From assembly GCA_013265495.1 (NCBI GenBank), contig MU057984.1, forward strand, positions 613,597-677,596: a DNA stretch of 64,000 nucleotides, read 5' to 3'. The notes below the pieces were generated by a model, which saw only the letters and a program-made list of their open reading frames with translations, ran no database searches and had not been told where the DNA came from. Below are positions 25,275-36,047 of this stretch, one piece after another (positions within the stretch are counted from its first letter, which is position 1; every line of letters begins with the position of its first letter). The translations under genes were made by a program, and so were the position numbers. The stretch comes from Vicugna vicugna (Eukaryota).

Positions 25275-25828
25275 TTTGGGGGAGGGGGAAATTTCCTGCT
25301 CTATGCTTCTTGAGTTCTAGTGGCCAGACTAATAATAAAATGAACACAAAACAGATTAACAGTAGGAAAAGTAACAACTTTAATTCATGTGCACTGAGGT
25401 CTCATAGAAATGGGACTTAAGAAGTAGCAAGGCAGCTTTTATATTCTAATATTTTGTTTACTTTTTAGACACAGAAACAATACATGTGGGAGGAATTTTC
25501 AGGACAAACAATCTTGGGCTTTGGGTGCTTAATTAGTGAAGAAACTTATCAGAGTTTCTAAGCTTTCGGTTGAAAATTAAACAAGTAACGATGTTTATAT
25601 AGGCTCCTTGGCCTGAAGTTCCCTATCTCTGGCATTGAGGATGTCCTTTTACCTCCAGATGCAAGGAGTGTACCTTTCACATGAGAAATTTATTTTCTGC
25701 TTTCAGAAAGACAGAGAGGTGGATCAAAGTGTCCCTCAAGCTTTGCTTGTTTCTTAAGTAACTTGAATTCAACATAATCAATATGCCATTAAGGTATATT
25801 TGGGGGCAGCCTACCCTGTACCCCAACA
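25275..25828 (-). mobile_element. ERV1-type solo LTR (MER34-like)
   Basis: acagattaacagtaggaaaag...ataatcaatatgcc...tattttgggggcagcctaccctgtaccccaaca; antisense counterpart of the 10412 LTR type. Confidence 0.6.
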
Positions 25829-26462
25829 ATCTCTTTTCAACTATCACTTATGAGAGAAGCTTTTCTTATTAACCACATAGGTAAGCTCACAGGTGTGTGT
25901 GTTCAGTGGCTAGTCTAAAAAAAAAAAAAACTAATTAAAATTCTACTTGCAAATATAAAGGTGGTTTCAAAACCTCTGCAACTTCAGTTATATGCCCCAA
26001 ACACAACAAATCAGACTAGATTCGTCAGCTCTTTGGGAAAACATCTTGAGAATGTTGAGACTCCCAGTGTGTGACCAGGTCTAAATTTCAATGTCAGGTT
26101 ACCTTTTATGTGAAACAAGATGTTGCCATCACAGGGGTACAGGTGAGGAACTGAACCACCATGGAGCTGAAATGTTCTAAGCTGGGGGTTGGGGAGCAGT
26201 TGAAGTTTACTCTGCTTGGTCCACTGGGAGAAGGTGCAGCTTTCAGAGGAGGACTGAAGAGCTGGCCAGCAGGTCAGGTTCCAGTTTGGACAAGAGGGCT
26301 CACTGGAGAAGACCACAGGAAGGGCACTGTATTACAGAGAGACCAGGAACTGATAAAAATGCCAGCCCTAGTAGGTTCTGCTCTCAAGGATCCCTGGAGC
26401 TTATGAAGAAGATTCTACATAAATGAGGCCCACAATCCCCAAATTGAGTTTCTTGTTTCAAC

Positions 26463-28128
26463 TTTATTTTTTCATACCTGCTTTAAGTTCCTTGCTGTTA
26501 CATCCTTCTTTCTATATCTGAGGCATTACGGTATAGTGAGAAGAGAGATCAATTAAGAGATAAAGTCTGACTCAGGTTGGGAAGAGAGGAACACAGTGGG
26601 TTTTAGATGAACTCAGAGAAGAGATCTAATGGCAGCTCTGTCACAGACATGTGAAATCAGATTAGTCACAAGCTCTTTGAGCCTGAGGATCTTCAACTGT
26701 GATTCTGGTTTGATAAGTCCTGTCTTCTAGGACTTCCAGAATGTGTATGTAGTAGATAAAGAACATTGCACAGAGCCTGGCATTCCTTAGAGCTTTAATG
26801 AATAAGAGTTACTGCTAGGATTATGTCAATCCCAAATTCTACCACCCTCAGTTGTGTATGCCTGTGTTTACGAGCACGTATTTTCTAAATCTAGGCTTTC
26901 TCAGAATGTATAAAATGCTATAGGACATAATATATCAAATAAAACCAAAATGTCTTATAGAAATTAAGCTTTGTAAAAATTTTCCCTCAGAATTTGTTCT
27001 TTAATGGATTTGGGAATGTCATTCCCAGCTGGATATAATTCAAATGATGTAAAATTTGTGCTAGTGATCAACTCCTTACCTCCTTCCCAGCTACCCATCC
27101 ATCAACACTCTCCTCACTTTTTAATTCATTTCGCCACTACCAAAAATTTAATCCTTGCATATTGTTTGCCAAATTACACTGAAGACAGCTTAATTGAATT
27201 TTCCTATGAATAAAGTGGCTCTCTTAGGCCATGGAAGACTGCCAGCTCTGTGGCTTCTGGGCGACAAATCTCAAGGGATTATCACCTATATTTCTCAGAA
27301 ACGCCTTAGAGATGATGTATATTAAAAGACCTAGTTTGCAAATGTGTTCAACTGTACTGGAATAAGAGTGCAGGTCACTTTCCATTCCTGTTCTAGGTGA
27401 GAATTTCTTATTTACTCATGATCCAAAAGTAGCAGCAGTTTAGCACTACAGACCTTTAGATTTCAACTGTGAGACACACCACCTGACAGTCTTCTCAGTG
27501 CTCATGATGCTCTCAGCCTCATCTGGCGTTATGACCCAGTTTAATGTGAAATTAACCCCAACTGAAGGACTTAAAAGTTTCTCACAGCCCCACACTACCA
27601 TGCCTAACTGCACTGCCACACTGACAGTTTCACTGGACCATCCACCTATACCTAGTCATTTTACTTGTCTTTTAGGGATACAAGATTCCCTCTGTTGTCT
27701 TTAAAGGATTATTGCTCATATATGTTAAAATGTCATGTCCTGGTCCTGAGTCATTAATCCTAAAACTTCCAATACTAGTGCTGTGCTTCCCAGAGGAGCA
27801 AGTGTTCAGTAAAGGACTGGGGAAGAAATGACCGAGTGAGCTTAAGGTCTATATTACTAGTATTTATTTCTTTTACATTCTTGAAAGAGCCAAGCAAATC
27901 CATGTACTTATCACTTAAGTTTAGAGAACAATAGGGAAAAGGGATAAGAAAGCCAAGATTTCCATTTCTTTTAGATTTTCTTTTTGTCTATTCATCTCAA
28001 CCATCTTAAAGTAGAATTCTTTCACATTTGCAAGGAAATGCCTATAACAATGCCATCTTTTCTTATTCCTCATAACAAAATAAGATCGATAGTTTCAGTT
28101 TGCTTTACAAAACAACAAAGCTTTTATT
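26463..28128 (-). terminator. Candidate MAGEB16 polyadenylation signals (AATAAA at 28123-28128, 27863-27868, 26463-26468)
   Basis: tttatt on the plus strand at these positions downstream of the stop codon. The distal one is retained at the matching position of the paralogous block (18242-18247). The sequence alone cannot show which is used. Confidence 0.45.
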
Positions 28129-28392
28129 AGTAAATCTCATTATAGCATTAAATGTGTGACCAATATCATTCTTAAAATTGAGTATTTTAAAGGTAATTAA
28201 GCCTATATAAAAAGAAACAATATTTGAATAACAAATACCTCAAAAATTAAGACTAAAATTTCAAGCTACTCATATAAACTAAGAACACATAGGGTAATAC
28301 ACCATCTTCATTTCAGCCACACCTGAGACCTAAATTCTACAAACACTAACCGCCTCTTCCATCAATGCATGAAGAAACCACCCCCGACTCCC

Positions 28393-29436
28393 CTAGGTGT
28401 GGGAGAAGCTGCTAGCCTTGGCACTGGAACTTGCAGTGGCCTCGGAAGGAGAGACAGCCCTGCCTGAAATACTGGCTCTGGCTCTCTCTTCTTCATCTTG
28501 CAAAGCCTCCTCATACTGAGGTGGGAAAGAGCTTGGGTCAGTCCCATGAACCTTGGCGACAAACTCCAGGACCTTCATCTTGGTGGTTTCTGCGTGGGCT
28601 CTTGGGCCCCACAGGAACTCAAATTGTGCAGGATCAGTGTTGGCCACCTGGCGGTACTCCAGGTATTTTTCTTTCACAAAATCTTTGGTGATGAGCTTCC
28701 TGGGCTCTCCAAACATGAAGTGCTTCCTACTAGAATACATTCCCGACAAATTCAGAACTTCCCAGACCTCGTCTTCGGTGGCACGGTTGCCCTTCATGAA
28801 GATCACGCCCAGGACAAGTATCAGGATGCCGGACTTGGGAATGCCTTCTTCACCATGCAGCATCCCATCATAGGTGAGGCCCAATTTGATGAAGAGGCCA
28901 TAGCGGTGGTTGGTGGGATCCACTTCCACTAGATCAAGGCCAAAGATCATCTCCATGCGCTCAGAGGCTCTCAGGAGAATCCCAGGGAAGTGGTATTCAT
29001 AATCTCTGATGACAATCTTCAACATATCTGCCTTTGTTATTGGCTCCTTCATTCGATACTTGAACAGCAGGAAACTGACCAACATAGCCACTTTCTCATC
29101 AAGAGCATCTATGGGCACATTCTTGGGGTCTGGCACAGCCTCTGAGGTGTCTGGACTATCCTCTTCCTCTTCACTCATGGAGACCTCATCTGATTTGTTG
29201 GATGAGGTGGCCGTGATGGCAACGGAAGATGCGTAGAAACTCTGAGCATCCTCAGGAGTGCTGGATGCAGCTGCCTCAAGAGGCTCCTTCGAATTGCCAG
29301 GCATTAGAGGACGGGAGGAGAGATGGGTCTCCTCCAGAGCCCTGCAGACCTGTGCCACCTCCAGACCCTGGGTCTTACTGAGGGTCTGAAGGCATTGATC
29401 CTGTGGGCATTGTGGAGTCTTCTGATGCCGAGACAT
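28393..29436 (-). CDS. MAGEB16: Melanoma-associated antigen B family protein (MAGEB16-like), 347 aa, single coding exon
   Basis: Uninterrupted ORF. The true ATG is at 29436 ([30 protein letters not shown]...); the ORF track starts 22 codons earlier at a GTG. Complete MAGE homology domain ([28 protein letters not shown]...[31 protein letters not shown]...[23 protein letters not shown]...[25 protein letters not shown]...[11 protein letters not shown]). The N-terminus and '[15 protein letters not shown]' match my recollection of human MAGEB16 rather than the MPRGQKSK-type MAGEBs. Confidence 0.93.
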   Translation of the reverse strand: MSRHQKTPQCPQDQCLQTLSKTQGLEVAQVCRALEETHLSSRPLMPGNSKEPLEAAASSTPEDAQSFYASSVAITATSSNKSDEVSMSEEEEDSPDTSEAVPDPKNVPIDALDEKVAMLVSFLLFKYRMKEPITKADMLKIVIRDYEYHFPGILLRASERMEMIFGLDLVEVDPTNHRYGLFIKLGLTYDGMLHGEEGIPKSGILILVLGVIFMKGNRATEDEVWEVLNLSGMYSSRKHFMFGEPRKLITKDFVKEKYLEYRQVANTDPAQFEFLWGPRAHAETTKMKVLEFVAKVHGTDPSSFPPQYEEALQDEEERARASISGRAVSPSEATASSSAKASSFSHT

Positions 29437-29502
29437 GCTGACGGTTGTGGGTGGCAATTGGCAGGAGTGTGGAGAACAGAATGGGCGATGGGGAATCACC
29501 AC

Positions 29503-29520
29503 CTAAGGGAAAGAAGGCAC
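29503..29520 (-). other. Splice acceptor of the terminal (coding) exon of MAGEB16
   Basis: Minus strand reads gtgccttctttcccttAG|GTGGTG: pyrimidine tract plus AG, with the exon starting at 29502, 66 nt before the ATG. This is the usual MAGE last-exon layout. Confidence 0.8.
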
Positions 29521-30305
29521 GTACGAGTGGGCTCAACTGGTAAAGTCAACAATGGGGGTTTGATCAAAGCTGCCTCGAATGAACTTCTCCTGACAACAGT
29601 GCTATAGGGCCTCACAGGTCTCCTGACCCCCTGGTTGCTCTGTCCTGCAAAACATGATGGAGGAAATGTGAATGCTCCTCAGGGTCCAGGCAGCCAACCA
29701 GGCTGAGAATTCTCAGGGATCACACTAGGCAGTTGTGGTGGGCACTACAGCACTGTTACTGTTCCAAGGAGTGTGGTCCTATCAGTCCTCACTTAGGTTC
29801 ATTACCTTGGCATTAGACAGGACACGGATCATTTCACCCATGCTAATACGACGCTGTCCTCCTAAGTCCAAAGTCCCATCTCCTAAGACAACTCAGGAGG
29901 AAGAGTGCAGGTTTTCCCTGGGCTGACAGCAGGAGCTACACTCTGAATACTATCACAACTGGTGTCAGTGGTCCCCTCAGTTCTCATTTACTTGTCTTAC
30001 TTTGAATGCAATAATGTCCTAGATCTCTTCTGCTGATGTAACACTGTCCCCTCAGAGCAAACTCTCTACCTCCTGATATGTGGACAAGGTAAAGGTTAAG
30101 TCCACCTGACACCTTGCCCATAGCCTCTCAGCTCTGACAATACAGCATGGCTATACTCTGTGATCCCCAATCTACAGGGGTCGCTGGTCCTTCAGTTTTC
30201 CTTCAGAGTCCTTGCCTTGGCTACTGGTGGTATCACAGGCCTGTCCACTCTGCAAAATAATGCCAATCCCTCTGCAGATAAGAAAGCCTTATTTTCCTGA
30301 GTCAC

Positions 30306-30350
30306 AGGAAGGAAGGAAGGAAGGAAGGAAGGAAGGACGGACGGACGGAC
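30306..30350. repeat. (GGAA)7(GGAC)4-like compound microsatellite in the MAGEB16 5' region
   Basis: aggaaggaaggaaggaaggaaggaaggaaggacggacggacggac. Confidence 0.95.
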
Positions 30351-32939
30351 ACTGTCTGTTCACTGCTACTAGGGCTTCTCTGGTATTACAGCAGAAGCTA
30401 GAAACTGTGGACCTCCCTCTGTACTAGGGTGAGTGGATCACTTCAATCTCACTCAGGATCCCACCTTAATCCATGACAGGCCTTAGACTCCTTCCTCTGC
30501 TGACCTCCTATGATGTACATGATGTAGGCACATATACCAAGGACCTCACTTGTCTGAAACCCCAAGAAGGAAGAGACTGATCTTGTCACGTGATCTCTGA
30601 CTAGAATTCTCTGGGCTGATAAGAGTACAGGGGCTCTTTGATGACCCTATGTTGTAGGGTGGATTCCATTCAGCCCTTACTCTGTGTCTCCATACAGACT
30701 TCTGTACTGCCTGGTTACTCTATCTGCTGCTGATTTGAACCCGTCACCTTCAGACCAAGACTGCCATCTCCCTAGGACTGCAGTACATGAAGAGATCTGG
30801 CGAGATGTCCAGACATCCTTGTTTGGGACTTCCCAGGGAATGACTAGAGAGAGTCAGGAGGTATCATGGGTTCTGATCTATACTCTAGAGAGTTAACGGC
30901 TCTTTGCTCAAGTAAGGTCTACACCTTGGAACTTGCCAATGTGTGAGGCTCCTCCTCTCTGCCGACCCGATGTTGTTTCCTCACATCAAAGAGTCACATC
31001 TCTGACCCTTGAGGAGAAACTAAGGGAACGTCACATCCAGAGTTTCCAAAGGGTGACAGCAAAACAGGGCTCTTTTGAGACAATCTGTTATGGAGTGGTA
31101 TCCCCATAAGCCTCACTTTGGGCCCTTCTAACTTACAAAAGGTCCTGGGATCCTACGTCACATTCCTACCCTAACCTTCATCTCTCTGAGTTCACTGAAC
31201 AGGAAATGTGGCAATGTCTCTGCCTAACAGCTTTGCACAAGGTCTCCCAGGAGGGAAAGTGGGCTAAAGTTAAGTTACACACAGGCCCTAACTTCTGAGA
31301 TGGATGATTCTATCAGCCCTCACTTAGTGCCTTTATTCTGGCCACTTGTTGGGTCTCTGTCCACACCTTCTGCTACCTAACGCCACCCCTGCCAGAAAAA
31401 GGTCATTCCTCCCCACGACAACTGAGAAGGAAGGGATGAGAAATCTCATATAATCAACATAGCCAGGCTCATCAGTGCTGACAGTGGGGCTAGACACTCC
31501 ACGGACCATCTATTTTGTGGTGGTCAGGCCCCTCAAGCCTCGACCTTATGTAAGTCTAAACTGGCCTTGGGACTCATCCTCTACTCACCTAATGTGCTGT
31601 GAGTCCCCTGTATTCAAACATTCTTCTCACTAAAAGCCCAAGAAGTGAGAAGAGCAACATCTTATCAGGTGATCCCTACCTGAAACACCCTGGACTGACA
31701 GTAAGAGTACACCTCTGTTGGGGCCCCTCTGTCCTAGAGTGGCTGATACCCTCAGTCCTAATTCTGTGTCTCAGTAAGTTCCTGGAAGCCCTTTTTGCAC
31801 TTTCCTTTTTTTAATCCTTAGGTCACCACTCAGACAAACACAGTCACTTCTCTGAGCCCTCTGAAGATGAAGGTAGAAGGTGAGAATTCTGACCACTCCT
31901 GCCTCAGGTTTCCAGGGGCTAAATACAGAGGCAGAGTGGAGCTCATGGAGACCCCACCTGTACTGTAACGGGTGTACCCTTAGTCCTCATTCAGTGTCTC
32001 CACCTAGGGTCCTGGCACTCTATGTGACTTCTCTCTGATGATTGTTTTTCACTCCTTATGTTAAAGACTCACTTACAAGTGGCCACCAAGGAGGAAGTGA
32101 GGGGACATTTCACCCAGATATCCATATCCACAGACTCCCAGGGCTGACACGTGTGGACACTCTGAGGCCACCTGTGTTCGGGGGTTCACCTCAGTCCTAA
32201 CTCAGGGTCCTTACTTTGAATTCTTTAAGCAACTGGGAAACCACCTTCAGATAACCTGACTTTCTCTTTGACCAAAGCTTATACCTCACTGAAAACAAAA
32301 AGGATGACGTGAAGTTGTCGGACATGTGCTCATGTCTTACAGGAACCTTCTAGGACTGACCTAAGTGGCAGGAAGGAACACCACGGGGGTTCTCTGTTTT
32401 AAAATTTATGGTCCAGATGGTCTTATCGTGGGGTTCTCACCTTGAAAACAAGGATGGTGTGGGATCTATCCTTGTGACCAGAGTTTGTCCACTCACAATA
32501 AGGTCTCACTTCCCAGTGAATACACTGCCTGTCTGCACTCGGAATCTCGAAGAACTCCCTGTGATCTGTGCGACCACACTTTTATGTGCTAAGTTTGCCC
32601 TTCAAATTAACTCAGTTAACACCGGTCAGTGCCTGAGATCTTGCTGACTTAACATAGTCTATTCAAACAAATCCTTTACCTTCCTGAGACCCTCTGTCTG
32701 CATCATTCCCTGGATCTCTCAGGGGTGACACAGGGGAAGGGCTCTGTAGAGCCCCCTCCACCACAAGTTGGCTAGTCCCACAATCCTCCCATGCGCTCCT
32801 CAAACTGGACACTGGTTGCTAATGTGCCCACTACCATCCACTGCCTCAGCTCTGCCCCCACTCCTCCCCCTGCCACCCCGACCCCACCAAGGCCTCATCT
32901 CTGTTGAGACCCTCAAAATGGAAGTGACGAGAATCTCAT

Positions 32940-33930
32940 GACACAACACTGAGAGCTGACCGCGGGTGTAGTCGCTGTGCCACATCCTCTGTCCTGCGGT
33001 CTGAGGAACCCTAAGAATTCACTCGGGGTCGTCACCGGGACTCCTGCAGGACCTGAGACGCCTTCCTGTGGTGACATGATACCATCTACCCCAGACTAAG
33101 GCCTCCCCTCCCTCAGACTCCGGACGCCGAGGTCAGCAGCAGCATTTCCGGCTCCCGTTGCCCGGGGCCTCTCAGGGCTGCTCTCTCGGCCGAGGCTCAG
33201 AGGGAATTCTCCTCAGGACTCAGTCCCGTTTGGGGGGAATTCTCCTCAGGACTCAGTCCCGTTTGGGGGGAATTCTCCTCAGGACTCAGTCCCGTTTGGG
33301 GGGAATTCTCCTCAGGACTCAGTCCCGTTTGGGGGGAATTCTCCTCAGGACTCAGTCCCGTTTGGGGGGAATTCTCCTCAGGACTCAGTCCCGTTTGGGG
33401 GGAATTCTCCTCAGGACTCAGTCCCGTTTGGGGGGAATTCTCCTCAGGACTCAGTCCCGTTTGGGGGGAATTCTCAGGACTCACTCAGGGAGGCCACCAC
33501 CTCAACAAGACTGCCGAAGAAGTGTGTGGTAGGTCGGCCTAAACTGCCCGCGTCTCCCGGGGTTAGGGTGGGGGTTCTAATAAGGTAGTCCCCTCAGTCC
33601 TCGTTTAGAGTCTCACCTGACACCTTGCGGCACCTAGGGCTCCTCCCGCTGCTGCCACGTCCGCCTCAGACCCGAGCCCTCACAGCGCCGCGCTCTGAAG
33701 GAGGAAGTGACAGGCAGTGACTTCCGGTGATTCCTGTCGGGGGCCTCCCGGGCCCACGAGCAGGTGCCGACTCTGCGCATGCGCTCAGCTCCAGAGTGGA
33801 GGTGGCTGCTGGTCTTGCTCGTAGTCCGGACAGAGGCTTCTGCCTAGTCGTGAATGCCTCCCCCAGTTGCACTGAGGTTGTGCCCCTCATGGCAAGGTGC
33901 TTAGATTCCTGAGAACCCCGAAGGGTAACC
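32940..33930 (-). promoter_or_regulatory. CpG-island promoter of MAGEB16 with ETS and NRF1-type motifs
   Basis: Locally high GC and CpG density against a CpG-poor background. Opposed ETS cores aGGAAgtga (~33702) and acTTCCggt (~33720). NRF1-like tgcgcatgcgc at 33774-33784. Minus-strand donor CAG|GTGAGA at about 33612-33620. Methylation-controlled ETS promoters are established for MAGE genes. Confidence 0.72.
33202..33483. repeat. 33-bp minisatellite (VNTR), 8 identical copies plus a partial ninth
   Basis: Unit gggaattctcctcaggactcagtcccgtttggg is repeated head-to-tail with no mismatches from 33202 to 33465, followed by a partial copy with a 3-nt deletion. Confidence 0.97.
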
Positions 33931-34044
33931 AAGGGGATGTCTCAGCCAGACATCCCTGCTCAGGCCTTTTAGGGTAAAAAAACAGCAGGTGGCCTCTCTG
34001 TGTGACTCTCCTTTATTCTTTGATGTTGATCTCTGTTTTCAAAA

Positions 34045-34545
34045 AATTTTTATATTGAATACATTTCACATATAACATTGTGTCAGTTTAAGACGTACAA
34101 CATGTTGCTCTGATACATTTATGTATTGTTTTATGATTGTAGTTGTCATATTTATCACATTATATAATTGTAATTCAATTTCTGTCTATATTCATTTTAT
34201 TGTGCATTAGATATCAACTGTTTACTACTCCTTGAAGTTTGTACGCTTAAACATCAGTCTTATCCCTCTACTTCCTCATCTCCTGGTAACCACCATTACA
34301 GTCTCTGGTTTGTTTTTTTTTTTACAGGTTTGACTTTTTTAGATTCCACGCATCAATGATGCCATGTAGTAGCTGTCTTTGTTTGACTTCTCTCACTTAG
34401 CATAATGTGCTAAGGTTCACCATGTTGCCACAAATTACAAGATACCATCCTTTCTCTTGGCTGAGTAATATGTCCTTCCGTATGTATACCACACTTTTTA
34501 AAAATTTATTCATCTGTTGATGGGTATTTAGGTTGTTTCCGTATT
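34045..34545 (-). mobile_element. L1 3' fragment
   Basis: ttttagattccacgcatc...cacttagcataatg...ggctgagtaata...catctgttgatggg...ttaggttgtttcc. Confidence 0.8.
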
Positions 34546-34838
34546 CCTCTGTCCTCATCCATGGGGGTGGGATCTTTCTTTCTTTTTGATTTAAGACTTC
34601 CTGGGAAAAGAACTATCCCAGCAAATTCTTCTGAAGTTGATTTACTGCAACTCTTGTAGAGCTTAGAATGGGTAGTGTTCCAGCCTTAATGGGAAATGGG
34701 GAAGTTGGATCATAAGGCAGGCAGGGGCCATGACAGGTGGTGGGCTATCAGAGAAAAATCACAGTCATCCATTCCTTCTCCTCACCAGTCAGACTTAGAC
34801 TCTTATATACATTCTGTTCTTAAAGATTCACTTTCTTG

Positions 34839-34994
34839 GCCACCTCTCTCTCCCGCTTCAGAGACGGCCCACATTCTGTCTATGGAATGTGTACCTACTT
34901 TTAATCTGAGCAGCCAACCCCCACACCTCGTGGCCTTTCTCTTGCCTTTCAATGTATCTCTCTAAATAAATCTACCTTTACTCAAAAAAAAAAA
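34839..34994 (+). mobile_element. Polyadenylated retrocopy of an LTR R region with a 13-bp TSD
   Basis: Homologous to 52921-53067. Ends aataaatctacctttactc plus a poly(A) run, and is flanked by attcactttcttg at 34826-34838 and 34995-35007. Confidence 0.88.
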
Positions 34995-35850
34995 ATTCAC
35001 TTTCTTGAATGAAAGGCCGCAAATGGCAAAATATCCAATTTTGTTATGGGTGAGTTGTATTCCATTACATATGTATGCTGCATCTTCTTTATCCATTCAT
35101 CTATTGATATGCAATTAGGATGCTTCCATATTTTGGCAATTATAAATAATGTTGCTGTTAATAGCAAGGTGTATGTATCTTTCTGAATTAATTCTTATTT
35201 TGTGGTTGGCTTTATTCCTCTGATAACTAGATAAGGTTAAAAGCTAAAGTTCCAAACATTCTGAGAAATAATAAACAGTACATATATGTAAATTTTTAAA
35301 AGTATGTGCAGTATATTGTATATATATGTATTTACATGCAATATATTGTATATGTGCAGTCAAATTGTAATAATTCTACCTAATAAAATTGAAATAAAAA
35401 TTCACTTTCTACAGGGAAAGGACTGAGATGAATGATTTTTAAAGCTCCTGACTTTTTTAGGTTATCTGACATTGCATATGCAGATGATATTTTCACTGAA
35501 TATTATCTTTCCTTTTGCATTTTTTATACTTTGTGGTTTGTTTAGCTATTACCATTCTAAGGATGGCTTTGGACTAGAGTTTCAGTTTGTAGTTGTGAAG
35601 GACAATTTTCTATTCCTATTGGGTTGTAATTTATATTTTGTTAAATGATAGCATTTTCACTTGAGTATTCAGTTTTAAAGGTATGATATTTACAATAAAT
35701 CATTTTGCATAGTAATTCTCAGACATGGTCTATAGTACATAAAACAATACAATGAATCCTGTATACTTGACACTGATTATAATAATCATCAATAGTTATA
35801 AGTAGAAGCTTGATCAGATTAGTATTTTTTTGTCAACGTGTTTGTTCTTT

Positions 35851-36047
35851 TTTTTTTAAACTTTTTTTGAGTTACAGTCATTTTTACAATGTGTCAAATT
35901 TCATGCAGAATAAATAAACAAGATTATACTGTATAGCACAGGGAAATATATACAAGATCTTGTGGTAGCTCACAGTGAAAAAAAAATGTGACAATTAATA
36001 TATGTATGTTCATGTGTAACTGAAAAACTGTGCTCTACACTGGAATA
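35851..36047 (-). mobile_element. Short L1 insertion with 5' inversion (twin priming)
   Basis: Poly(T) plus the antisense extreme 3' end (to about 35903), then the adjacent upstream 3' UTR in the opposite orientation. TSD tgtttgttcttt at 35839-35850 and 36048-36059. Confidence 0.85.

Larger units (their letters stand above)
29760..33990 (-). repeat. Tandem array of roughly 17 diverged ~200-230 bp MAGE promoter/non-coding first-exon units
   Basis: Recurring plus-strand motifs ccctcagtcct(c)actcagggtc-ctcacc/ttac, ctctgctgacct, cagaccaagg, gaggaagtga and gggctgacagc at about 29780, 29970, 30190, 30440, 30670, 30900, 31105, 31310, 31530, 31750, 31980, 32190, 32430, 32600, 32780, 33010 and 33590. 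Several give minus-strand donors (AAG|GTAATG, AAG|GTGAGA, CAG|GTGAGA). Type I MAGE genes are known to carry duplicated alternative first exons. Confidence 0.75.

Noticed and set aside
29437..29502. 22-aa N-terminal extension of MAGEB16 in the ORF track
   Set aside because: It begins at a GTG immediately after the splice acceptor, so it is 5' UTR. The ATG at 29436 matches the family start.
28431..29607. Several plus-strand ORFs of 75-144 aa overlapping MAGEB16
   Set aside because: Antisense shadows of a GC-rich coding sequence, with no recognisable domains.
33202..33483. CRISPR-like array (33-bp repeats)
   Set aside because: The repeats are directly adjacent with no spacers, there are no cas genes and the context is mammalian. 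It is a minisatellite.
33158..33532. Repetitive ORFs (GILLRTQSRLG)n and (SPEENSPQTGL)n
   Set aside because: By-products of a 33-bp unit lacking stops in those frames. The starts are non-ATG (TTG, GTG) and there is no other coding evidence.
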